Shown here: piece by piece, positions 8,675-17,087 of the stretch
Layout: each line of letters begins with the position of its first letter
Position numbering within the stretch: position 1 is the stretch's first letter
NCBI GenBank assembly: GCA_024402615.1
Contig: JAKSTK010000001.1
Span: forward strand, 1-61,687
Direction of reading: 5' to 3'
Length of the DNA: 61,687 nt
From: Treponema sp.
GTDB lineage: Bacteria > Spirochaetota > Spirochaetia > Treponematales > Treponemataceae
Notes under the pieces: generated by a model
The model's input: the letters and a program-made list of their open reading frames with translations, nothing else
Database searches by the model: none
Told to the model about the DNA's origin: nothing
Made by a program: the position numbers and the translations under genes

Positions 8675-9829
8675 TTACATAACTTTCAAAAAGGCCTCTT
8701 TTAAAGCCGCCATCTGTTCTGGAGTACCAACTGTAATTCTTACAAAATCTTCAATTCCAGGTGTACTAAAGTGACGAATTAAAATACCTTCAGATTTAAT
8801 CTTTTTGTATAATTCATTGCCATCAACTCCATCTTTTTTAGCAAAAAGGAAGTTTGTTTCACTTTTGATTACATAAAATCCCTGTTCTTTTAAGAATTCA
8901 TAGAATTTATCTCTCTCTTCTGCAACTTTAGAAGCACAATCGCAGTAATAAGCAGGATTTTTACATGCAACAGTACCTGCAACCTGAGCGACTGCATCAA
9001 TCGGAAAGTGATTTACTGAATTTTTTACAGTAGTAACAATATTTACCAGTTCTGGAGAAGCAACTATATATCCTAAACGCATACCTGCAGAACACACACT
9101 CTTAGAAAACGTTCTTACAATCACAAGATTTTTAAATTCAGCAAGAAGAGGAATACAACTTTCGCCGCCAAAATCACAATATGCTTCATCTACAATAAAG
9201 ATTTCATCATCAGAAGCCTGTTTCAGCATTTCACGAACTTCAGTTCTTTTAAGTCCCAACCCTGTAGGAGCATTAGGATTAGCAAAAATAATTCCGCCCT
9301 TGTTATTTGCCGCTCTCTTAAGCATTTCTTCTTTATCTAAAGACCAGTCTGCTTTGAGAGGAACATTATCCATTGGAATATTATAGAAACCGGCATATAC
9401 AGGATAGAAACTGTATGTAAATTCTGGCATTACAAACTTTTTACTGCTGTCAAAAAAAGCGTAGAATACAAAAGAAAGTACTTCATCAGAACCATTTCCC
9501 GAATAAATCATATCTGGAGTAACAGTAAAAGGAATTTTATCTTCTGAAGCAGGCTCAACCTTATCTCCATCAACTTTTGCACGGCAAAGAACTCCACCAG
9601 TTTTATTCAGCATATCGGCAATGGCAGCATGCAGTTCATTTGAATCAGGATCAGGATATACTGTCATTTTCATTGGATTATTTTGAACAAAATCAATTAC
9701 TGCATCCTGAACTGCTTTACATGGTGCATAAGGATTTTCATTAGCATTAAGTTTAATGTACACTCTGTCTTTTGGCTGTTCACCCGGTACATATGGGTGA
9801 AGATTATTCATACGATTTGATGTTAACAT
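8675..9829 (-). CDS. hisC: Histidinol-phosphate aminotransferase
   Basis: PYVPGEQP, KLNANENPY, GNGSDE, ANPNAPTG, DEAY, RTFSK, GMRLGY, RITVGT. Confidence 0.93.
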   Translation of the reverse strand: MLTSNRMNNLHPYVPGEQPKDRVYIKLNANENPYAPCKAVQDAVIDFVQNNPMKMTVYPDPDSNELHAAIADMLNKTGGVLCRAKVDGDKVEPASEDKIPFTVTPDMIYSGNGSDEVLSFVFYAFFDSSKKFVMPEFTYSFYPVYAGFYNIPMDNVPLKADWSLDKEEMLKRAANNKGGIIFANPNAPTGLGLKRTEVREMLKQASDDEIFIVDEAYCDFGGESCIPLLAEFKNLVIVRTFSKSVCSAGMRLGYIVASPELVNIVTTVKNSVNHFPIDAVAQVAGTVACKNPAYYCDCASKVAEERDKFYEFLKEQGFYVIKSETNFLFAKKDGVDGNELYKKIKSEGILIRHFSTPGIEDFVRITVGTPEQMAALKEAFLKVM

Positions 9830-9835
9830 ACTCTA

Positions 9836-9864
9836 ATTTTAGTTATTTGCTTAGAATAATGCAA
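9836..9864 (-). promoter_or_regulatory. sigma70-type promoter giving a leaderless hisC mRNA
   Basis: TTGCAT-N17-TAAAAT-N6-ATG, no SD. Confidence 0.7.
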
Positions 9865-9873
9865 CTTGTATAT

Positions 9874-9902
9874 TTGAACATATTCCATTTCTATAGTAAA
9901 AT
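9874..9902 (+). promoter_or_regulatory. sigma70-type promoter giving a leaderless mRNA for 9909..11810
   Basis: TTGAAC-N17-TAAAAT-N6-ATG, no SD. Confidence 0.7.
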
Positions 9903-9908
9903 TATTTT

Positions 9909-11810
9909 ATGGCTACAACTTCTAATCTTAGTTCAATTATCAGATACTATGCTGAAAAACAGAACTCTCCATTTATCGACTTAAGAGAATTTTGTACCTA
10001 TGTAAAAAAGTACGCAGAACACCATGTAGAAGATCAGGCAGAACTTGTAAAGTACTTGGGTGATCCTACTGCAACTGTGGAAGCTGAATTACAAGGCTTA
10101 CAGGAAAAACATCTTGCTGCTGTTATTCCAAATGGAAATAAAAAGCTTATTATTTCCATTCCATACTTCTCTGCTAAATTTGCAAATCAATACAAGGAAA
10201 TTACAAGAAACGAAAGTCTTCCATATCCACTGGAACCTGACTTACCTAAAAAACTTCCACAGAATTTTGTTGAACGAAAAAAGCTTTCTTTATATTTAAA
10301 TTCAATCATAGAAGAACAGAATTTAAAGTCTCCTGCACTGTATGTAATTGATTTTGAACGAGATTTACCTTCAATTGTTATGCCAGCTTGTGTTCCATTA
10401 CAGACAATTCTTGAAACTGCACAACTTAAAATTAGAAAAATTATGAAAAAGGAAGAATTCCACGATTATTTCCTTAAAAAGCTTCGTGGATCAAATCCTT
10501 CAAAAGAAATCTCTCTGAAACATTTCTTTACCCACTATATTGATCAGGCTACTACAGCTTATATGGATGTTTCGGAAGGTGATGATTATTATCTCTGGAA
10601 TCAACTTTGTTACTATATCCGTCAGGATTTTGAAAAGATTCAGGACCGCACAGTAGAAGATATAAATGTTCTTCAGGCAATTCAGATTACCGAAGTTCAT
10701 TCAACTTACCTTAAAGAAAAGTTCCAGGATAACCGCAAACGGGAAGAAGCTTTAAAGGAACTGGATTCTAATCTTAAAAAGCCACCATACTTCTACTCTC
10801 ATGATCAGATTGTTAAATTCCGTGACAATAACGGTCATTTACTTTGCGAACAGTATTCAAATGATGATTTGAATCAATATATGCAGACAAAAACAACCGC
10901 AGGAAAAGACAGCGAACTGGCAGAAATGTTATTCTTCAAAGTTTCTTCAGGAACCCGCTATTATATTTTCAAAAAGAATATTTATCCTCTGGTTGTCCGT
11001 CTCTGTAATGAAGCTCATGAATCCGTACGTTCTAAAATTGTAAAAGACTGGAATGCGTCCCTGCTTGAATACGAAAAACTTCCAGAAATGAATGATAATG
11101 CAAAATTCGAAAAGCTCCTTGAAAACACTGTAGAAGAAACTTCTCCTATTCTTCATGGACTTTTGACAGCATCTTTTATTCCATTACTTGCTTTTGAAAA
11201 AATAGAAAATAATGATTCATCATTCACCCTCTTCCTTGATCATAAACTTGTTCCATACAGCGAACTGCTTATGATTAAACGGGATAAGGTACTTGCTGAT
11301 GCAAAACTTGCTTTGCCTTTTATTTATTCTATTCCATTAATCTCATGGATTCTTGCTTTAATTCACACAAAGAAGAAGAATAAAAAGAAAAAGGAAAAAA
11401 TTGTTGAAGAAGTGAAAAATCCTTTTGAAGAAGAAGAATCAACAAAGAAAACTCCTCGATCAAAAGAACAGGCACTTGCAGAAAAAGCAATTGAACTTTC
11501 CAGAGAACTTATTCCGGAAGGTTCTACCATTGACCGCGAATTAAACTATCTGGTAAAGCAATGGAATCAAATGCTTACAAAAGAGTTAAATCTGCAGCTT
11601 ACAGAAGATGTAAATGCTCTTATCCGAGATTACACACGCAAAGTTTGCAGAACCCTTTCTGTACAATCTTTCACAAGAGATCGTATTCAAAACCTCGCTG
11701 ATGCATTAGTTCGAACTCCTAATCTTCAGAAAATCAGAGATCAGAAAGCACTTACTGAATATGTACAGCTTTATATGATTCGTCTTGTAAGTAACTCTGC
11801 AAAGAACTAA
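9909..11810 (+). CDS. Hypothetical protein, 633 aa, mostly helical, with a late hydrophobic segment followed by poly-Lys
   Basis: Long ORF with its own promoter and terminator; no family recognised. Confidence 0.85.
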   Translation: MATTSNLSSIIRYYAEKQNSPFIDLREFCTYVKKYAEHHVEDQAELVKYLGDPTATVEAELQGLQEKHLAAVIPNGNKKLIISIPYFSAKFANQYKEITRNESLPYPLEPDLPKKLPQNFVERKKLSLYLNSIIEEQNLKSPALYVIDFERDLPSIVMPACVPLQTILETAQLKIRKIMKKEEFHDYFLKKLRGSNPSKEISLKHFFTHYIDQATTAYMDVSEGDDYYLWNQLCYYIRQDFEKIQDRTVEDINVLQAIQITEVHSTYLKEKFQDNRKREEALKELDSNLKKPPYFYSHDQIVKFRDNNGHLLCEQYSNDDLNQYMQTKTTAGKDSELAEMLFFKVSSGTRYYIFKKNIYPLVVRLCNEAHESVRSKIVKDWNASLLEYEKLPEMNDNAKFEKLLENTVEETSPILHGLLTASFIPLLAFEKIENNDSSFTLFLDHKLVPYSELLMIKRDKVLADAKLALPFIYSIPLISWILALIHTKKKNKKKKEKIVEEVKNPFEEEESTKKTPRSKEQALAEKAIELSRELIPEGSTIDRELNYLVKQWNQMLTKELNLQLTEDVNALIRDYTRKVCRTLSVQSFTRDRIQNLADALVRTPNLQKIRDQKALTEYVQLYMIRLVSNSAKN

Positions 11811-11837
11811 AAATCTAACAAATAACTGAATAAAAGG

Positions 11838-11867
11838 AATCCACAGAAAAATCTGTGGATTTTTTTT
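11838..11867 (+). terminator. Intrinsic terminator
   Basis: AATCCACAGA-AAAA-TCTGTGGATT followed by a T tract. Confidence 0.85.
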
Positions 11868-11877
11868 ATTTTTTTTT

Positions 11878-11917
11878 CAAAAAAATGGTCCGAAAACCTC
11901 TGTTAAAAACAATTATA
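11878..11917 (+). promoter_or_regulatory. Shared upstream box, copy 2, candidate alternative-sigma promoter of ssb
   Basis: CAAAAAAATGGTCCGAAA...TTAAA..AATTATA directly after a terminator, so ssb needs its own promoter here. Confidence 0.65.
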
Positions 11918-11982
11918 TAGGTGTGAGGTTTGTATCTCATTTTGCTCCGGCCGGGCATTATTTTAAGTTAAGAGGTTGTTTT

Positions 11983-12420
11983 ATGAACCATTTAAATTCA
12001 ATTATTCTGGAAGGTAATGTTGTTAGACAGGCGGATTTTTCGGAACCCGCTGAGGGATTCAAGAAATGCAGTTTTTCGCTGGCTGTGAATCGTTTTAATA
12101 AGACTTCGAAAGGCGACTCCTATGAGGAAGTTTCGTTTTTTGATGTTGAGGCTTACGGTAAGATGGCAGAGATTTGTGACAAGAATGTTACTCGCGGACG
12201 TGGGGCTAGAGTTGTCGGAAGATTGAAGCAAGATCGCTGGAAGGATTCTGATGGTAAGAACAAAAGTAAGATTTATGTTGTTGCGGAACATGTCGAATTC
12301 AAGCCTAAGCTGCAGAAAACTGATGAATCGGAAATTGCGAAGAGTGATGATGTAAATGCTGAAGATCAGTCTGGGAGTGAAGAAACATCACAGACATCGG
12401 AAGAGACATCACCGTTCTAA
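11983..12420 (+). CDS. ssb: Single-stranded DNA-binding protein, stand-alone paralog
   Basis: LNSIILEGN, FSLAVNR, FFDVEAYG, VVGRLKQDRW, acidic tail ending PF. ATG at 11983 follows AAGAGG. Not in rpsF-ssb-rpsR context. Confidence 0.93.
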   Translation: MNHLNSIILEGNVVRQADFSEPAEGFKKCSFSLAVNRFNKTSKGDSYEEVSFFDVEAYGKMAEICDKNVTRGRGARVVGRLKQDRWKDSDGKNKSKIYVVAEHVEFKPKLQKTDESEIAKSDDVNAEDQSGSEETSQTSEETSPF

Positions 12421-12457
12421 GTTGAAGACTGCGGTTGTTTCCCTTTAGTCGGAAGAA

Positions 12458-12497
12458 AATAAAAGGTAATAACAATACCTTGTTATTACCTTTTATT
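12458..12497. terminator. Bidirectional terminator between convergent ssb and U32 genes
   Basis: Perfect 18-bp inverted repeat AATAAAAGGTAATAACAA-TACC-TTGTTATTACCTTTTATT. Confidence 0.85.
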
Positions 12498-12566
12498 AAA
12501 CGGAATCTGACTGTTTTAGAAAAATTTTCGTTTTTTTTGACGGAAAATTTTCCGGCAGAAAATATT

Positions 12567-14885
12567 TTATTTTCTGCCGCTTTTATTATACTTACCCTTT
12601 CCTTTGCCGTAAGACTTCGACTTTGTTCCATAACTCTGTCGACCAGTATAAGGATTAGGAGAACGCTCTTTGATACCTGATGCTCCTCTATTTGCAGTAG
12701 CCTCATTAATCTGACGGTATTCTTCCATTTGCTGCGGAGAATAAAAGCCATCTTTCCAGTTAAATCTAGATACTTCTGGTAAAGCGACTCCTTTAACCAT
12801 AGAAGTAGAAATAGCCTTAATCTGACTTCTTGTTACTTTTGTTTTAGAAAAATCAATCAGTAATTTCTTAAAACCTGCACCGGTAATATAACTTACTTTA
12901 TCAACGATAGAGAATGGCTGCTCCGGCATTACAAATGAACCATCTACGGTAGAATTTGTCTTAAATACAGCACCTTCCTTATCTTCAAAATAAGTAAAAT
13001 CATAATCTGCAGGAAGTTTAAATCGCATTCTAAATAATGCAGGATAAGCAAATACAGGAACTAAGACTCTTGAACGGACATTTGCATCATAAGTTGCTTC
13101 AAGATTTCTTCTTGAGTTTTCATATGGCATTATAAATGCACCAATATTCTGATTTTCGAGCCAGGATACTGCCCATCTGTTGAAAGTATACAAATAAGGT
13201 CCAGCAATAATATTTACATTCTTATTGTTAATTTCCTTAAGCATTTGAATATGAGCCAGGTTATTTACAACAAATGATAAATATCCATCTTCAATAAGTT
13301 TTACTAAATCTTCTTTTAATTTATCTTCGGAAGCCGCTGAGCAGAACGGATCAAGAGAAATATAAATCTGCTTCTTCGAGAAAGGTAAAACTGTCTTATG
13401 ATTTAATAAATCATAAGAAGTTTCGCTATTCCACTCAATTATCGTTCTAACAGGATTCAACCCCTGTACAGCAAACACATCAGGAATTGATGAAACCTGA
13501 GCGTAAACACCATCAGGAAAGTATGATAACTCTTTCTGAGCAACTGGTGTCAAATCCAGAATTGGAAGAATTTCGTCTTTAGGCTGTTTTCGGTACTTAC
13601 CGATATCATTTGGTAAGATACGGGAATATCGTTTAGCTCCAGCTTTAATCTGAAGAAGGTAAACTTCGTCACCAATATCATAACCACCAGGAATATCAAT
13701 CCAGCGTTTTTCTGCTTTTTCGTCAATTTCTACAGTGCGAATTTTATGACTGACACGGCCAGTATCATCTTTACGGTGAATACGAATTGAATCGCCTGGG
13801 TCAGGTTCGTAGCTTCCACCTTTAAGATAAGCCATCTGAATACGGAGCTGTTCTGGAGGAGTATCTGGTTTTGCTGCGTCACGAATAGCCTGTACGAGTT
13901 CTTTATCTGCAGGTTTTATACCGGCAATTTTACCTAAATAAATACCAGTTCCACCTGCCTGATCAGGATTCAAAATCTTTGAACCTGCATTATCAACCCC
14001 TTCTTTTTCAGTATTAAATCCATACCAGTAAGAAGTTTTTGTTCTTGAAAAATCAGATGCCAGCATTCGTTTACCAGCAGCAATAGCACCTTTTTTATCT
14101 TCCTTATAGTGATCAATTACATAGCGATATGCAGAAACTACACTACCTACATATTCAGCACTCTTCATTCGTCCTTCAATTTTGAAAGAATCAACACCTG
14201 CTTCAATCAATGAAGGAATCTGTTCAATAAGCGATAAATCACATGGAGAGAAATAATAGCCCTGTTTTATTCCTCCAGGAACATCAGCTGTATAATAACG
14301 ACGACAAGCCTGTGTACACATGCCTCGGTTTGCAGATTTACCGCCAAGGAAGCTGGAAAAAAGACATAAACCAGATTCACTAACGCAAAGTGCACCGTGA
14401 ACGAAAACTTCCAGTTCAGCATTAGTTTCTGTTTTAATCTTTTTAATCTCTTCAAGCCCCAATTCTCTTGCAAGAACCATTCGTTTTACTCCAGCATTCT
14501 GAAGTAATCTAACAGCATTAGAGCTTTCTACATTCATCTGTGTAGAAGCATGAAGTTCAAGATTTGGAAAGAATTCCTGAGCCATACGCATAACGGCATA
14601 ATCCTGAACGATAAGACCGTCCGGACCAATTTCGTTAAGATAAGATAAAAATCTATATAATCTTTCTGTTTCCCGTTCTTCACTAACAGTATTAACTGTT
14701 ACATAAATCTTTTTATTCTGACGATGCAAAGATTCTACAGCAGCTTCAAACTGATTCCACGCAAAGTTCGTAGTTCTAAGTCTGGCATTAAAACTTTTCA
14801 GACCAAGATATACAGCATCGGCACCTTCGCCAATTGCAGCTTCTAATGATTCAATGTTTCCCGCAGGAGCTAATAATTCGACCAT
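12567..14885 (-). CDS. Peptidase U32 family protein (RlhA/TrhP-like Fe-S hydroxylation protein)
   Basis: ELLAPAG, GADAVY, HASTQ, LAREL, HGALCVSESGLC...ANRGMCTQACRR, FKIEGRMK. Confidence 0.92.
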   Translation of the reverse strand: MVELLAPAGNIESLEAAIGEGADAVYLGLKSFNARLRTTNFAWNQFEAAVESLHRQNKKIYVTVNTVSEERETERLYRFLSYLNEIGPDGLIVQDYAVMRMAQEFFPNLELHASTQMNVESSNAVRLLQNAGVKRMVLARELGLEEIKKIKTETNAELEVFVHGALCVSESGLCLFSSFLGGKSANRGMCTQACRRYYTADVPGGIKQGYYFSPCDLSLIEQIPSLIEAGVDSFKIEGRMKSAEYVGSVVSAYRYVIDHYKEDKKGAIAAGKRMLASDFSRTKTSYWYGFNTEKEGVDNAGSKILNPDQAGGTGIYLGKIAGIKPADKELVQAIRDAAKPDTPPEQLRIQMAYLKGGSYEPDPGDSIRIHRKDDTGRVSHKIRTVEIDEKAEKRWIDIPGGYDIGDEVYLLQIKAGAKRYSRILPNDIGKYRKQPKDEILPILDLTPVAQKELSYFPDGVYAQVSSIPDVFAVQGLNPVRTIIEWNSETSYDLLNHKTVLPFSKKQIYISLDPFCSAASEDKLKEDLVKLIEDGYLSFVVNNLAHIQMLKEINNKNVNIIAGPYLYTFNRWAVSWLENQNIGAFIMPYENSRRNLEATYDANVRSRVLVPVFAYPALFRMRFKLPADYDFTYFEDKEGAVFKTNSTVDGSFVMPEQPFSIVDKVSYITGAGFKKLLIDFSKTKVTRSQIKAISTSMVKGVALPEVSRFNWKDGFYSPQQMEEYRQINEATANRGASGIKERSPNPYTGRQSYGTKSKSYGKGKGKYNKSGRK

Positions 14886-14915
14886 AGGTTCAAATGTATC
14901 ATAAAAACCTAAAAT

Positions 14916-16097
14916 CTACAATGTTCCGGCATTTTCACTGCTTACTATCCATGATTCTGAATTCACTTTCACAGGAAACTCAACATTTATCCCTTTCAAT
15001 ACCTTCTCCTGCAGTTCCTTTGCATTTATTCGTGAAATAGTCTTTGTATCGCTTTTATCAGATACTAAACTCCCCGATTCAATTAAATCATTTTCATAAA
15101 TACCTGCATCCACCGCCATTAAAGCATATTCCGGCATATTCTTTGACCAACCGTTAACACCATCATCATGATACATAACCGCATCAATCACAGAATTATC
15201 TGCCTGATTTCTAATAATCAGAACATCCGTCTTATTTCCAATCGTCGTCGAAGAAATATCACTCCATAAATCCCTGACTGTATCACTTGTGTAACTTGAA
15301 TACGCAAGATTCAATTCGTCACCCAATTCACTAATACAACCATTGCCTCGATTTCTCATATGAACTACAAAAACTTCTCCAGCTTTAACTTCTACCCTCG
15401 GAAAAACAAATTTCTTTTCTTCACCATCATAACCGCTAAGTAATTCCAACCCACAAAGATTTCCATCACTCAAAGCTAAAAACTCAACAAATTCATTTCT
15501 GTAAGTATCAGATAATTTTTCCTTCGAATTCTGTGAACTCACCGAAACCGACTGAATTTCCGTCATAATAATTCTCGGTACTCTGGAATTGAACCCATAA
15601 AAAGGTACTGCAAAAGTCAAAGTATTACCAATACAATCACTGACAACACCATATAACTCATACATTTCACCAATTTCCGTACCATCCAGCAACCTGAAAG
15701 TAACAATTTTTCCATCCCCTGAATACTCCACTAAAGACTCAATAATCTTCGGGCTGCTCAACCCCGCCGCAACCGCCAGCGAAGGAGACAATTCTTCTGT
15801 AACAGAATGCTTTTCTGAACTCGCCAAAAAAGGATCAGCTACCAGAGAAATGATACTTCCATTTATTGAGACCTTCTCTGAAAAAACTAACCGCAAAGTG
15901 TTTTCATTTATTACAGTAAAGCTTTCCAAAACAGGTGGTACATAATCACCGCCAATAACCTTTATTCCCTCCGCAGATACTCTGCAGGAAAAAGGACACA
16001 AAGCGAACAAAGTAATTCCTACAATAAAAAGAACTTCTCCAACTAAAACCAGATACCTCCTGGCAACAGGACTTAAAGATTTAATAAATCTAAACAT
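14916..16097 (-). CDS. Membrane-anchored or exported protein with Ig-like and lamin-tail (LTD)-like domains
   Basis: N-terminal hydrophobic segment; IIMTEI...EFVEF....GNL.GL.L...FVFP..V.AGEVFVVH...VIDAV.Y matches the LTD pattern; GAGAGG SD. Confidence 0.65.
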   Translation of the reverse strand: MFRFIKSLSPVARRYLVLVGEVLFIVGITLFALCPFSCRVSAEGIKVIGGDYVPPVLESFTVINENTLRLVFSEKVSINGSIISLVADPFLASSEKHSVTEELSPSLAVAAGLSSPKIIESLVEYSGDGKIVTFRLLDGTEIGEMYELYGVVSDCIGNTLTFAVPFYGFNSRVPRIIMTEIQSVSVSSQNSKEKLSDTYRNEFVEFLALSDGNLCGLELLSGYDGEEKKFVFPRVEVKAGEVFVVHMRNRGNGCISELGDELNLAYSSYTSDTVRDLWSDISSTTIGNKTDVLIIRNQADNSVIDAVMYHDDGVNGWSKNMPEYALMAVDAGIYENDLIESGSLVSDKSDTKTISRINAKELQEKVLKGINVEFPVKVNSESWIVSSENAGTL

Positions 16098-16131
16098 AAA
16101 AACCTCTCTTGTACAAAATGTACATTAATCT

Positions 16132-16158
16132 TACGCAAAAGCCGGAAATCAACTTTCA
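16132..16158 (-). promoter_or_regulatory. ECF-sigma-like promoter upstream of the LTD gene
   Basis: TGAAAG-N17-CGTA just after a terminator; resembles the SigW-type TGAAAC...CGTA consensus. Confidence 0.35.
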
Positions 16159-16166
16159 CGGTGCAT

Positions 16167-16203
16167 AAAAAAAATGGTGTGAACTTTCTGTTCACACCAT
16201 TTT
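16167..16203 (-). terminator. Intrinsic terminator downstream of the DUF2259 gene
   Basis: AAAATGGTGTGAAC / GTTCACACCATTTT 14-bp inverted repeat, U8 tract on the minus strand. Confidence 0.85.
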
Positions 16204-16272
16204 CAGGAGGCTTGTTTTTATATATATAATAGTTTTTTTCTAAAGAAATTCTGCAATTTTATACAAAAATTT

Positions 16273-16980
16273 TTAATTTATTTTTGAAGCTTCTACCATA
16301 TATCTTACATTGATGCCTGTTTCATCTTCATAAATCTTTTCAATTACAAAAATGAAGTTCTTTTCAGACTGGTCACACATAATGCGTTCAATTTTATAAT
16401 TACTGATTCCTTTACGAACAATACCAGGATTTCCAATTTTCTTTGTAAGAATTACATTACCGTTTGCATTCTTCTTTGTAAGATTAATATAGAAAGAAGA
16501 TTTTACATTTTTACCTTTTCCAGTTACGGTTGGGATTAATTCAATGTTGTAAGTATTTGGATTATCAATATCAGAACCAAGGAAGTCTGTAAATTTAATT
16601 ACATCTGTACCTTTTTTTGAAACATCATCACAAATGTAAAGAACATGATCAGGATTTGCTTTTTCTGTCTTAATATTCTTCAAATAGTAATAGCTTTTTG
16701 CTTCCAGAGATTCATATACTTCTGGACCTGATCTGTCTGATGTAACAGAAGTTGGTTTTATTCTAAAAATACCTGAATCAACATAATCATTTGCTGCAAT
16801 ATCTACCTGATAAATTTCTGCCCAGCCCTGATATTTTTTGTCTGTACGACCATACTGTCCAAAAATATAATATTTTCCATCTGCAGAAAAACCTTTGTCC
16901 ACAAAAGTTGCTACATCACCGGCAGACAAACACATAGCTGCAAGAGTAAAAAATAAACCTGTTAATAAGCTTTTTTTCAT
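16273..16980 (-). CDS. DUF2259-like secreted protein
   Basis: Signal peptide then GDVATF...GFSADGKYYIFGQYG; GGAGG SD. Confidence 0.75.
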   Translation of the reverse strand: MKKSLLTGLFFTLAAMCLSAGDVATFVDKGFSADGKYYIFGQYGRTDKKYQGWAEIYQVDIAANDYVDSGIFRIKPTSVTSDRSGPEVYESLEAKSYYYLKNIKTEKANPDHVLYICDDVSKKGTDVIKFTDFLGSDIDNPNTYNIELIPTVTGKGKNVKSSFYINLTKKNANGNVILTKKIGNPGIVRKGISNYKIERIMCDQSEKNFIFVIEKIYEDETGINVRYMVEASKIN

Positions 16981-17029
16981 TTTTCAATCCTCCCAGAAAG
17001 AATAACAAAATTGCAATATATCACTTATA

Positions 17030-17056
17030 TTTTCGGATAATTTTAATAAGTCTTTA
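17030..17056 (-). promoter_or_regulatory. sigma28-like promoter of the DUF2259 gene
   Basis: TAAA-N15-TCCGAAAA. Confidence 0.5.
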
Positions 17057-17087
17057 CTATTATTTATCAACCCTTTATTATTTAAAT

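Noticed and set aside
5744-11895. sigma54 reading of the shared TGGTCCG box
   Set aside because: No TTGC/GC element at the -12 position in either copy.
11923-11982. GTG-started 20-aa N-terminal extension of SSB
   Set aside because: The SSB fold begins at MNHLN (11983), which has its own SD; the extension is better read as 5' UTR.
12305-12751. 148-aa and 81-aa ORFs across the ssb/U32 junction
   Set aside because: They overlap both real genes and run through a perfect terminator palindrome.
16167-16184. AAAAAAAATGGTGTGAAC as a third copy of the GGTCCG box
   Set aside because: It is one arm of a terminator hairpin, lacks the CCG core and has no AATTATA at the expected distance.
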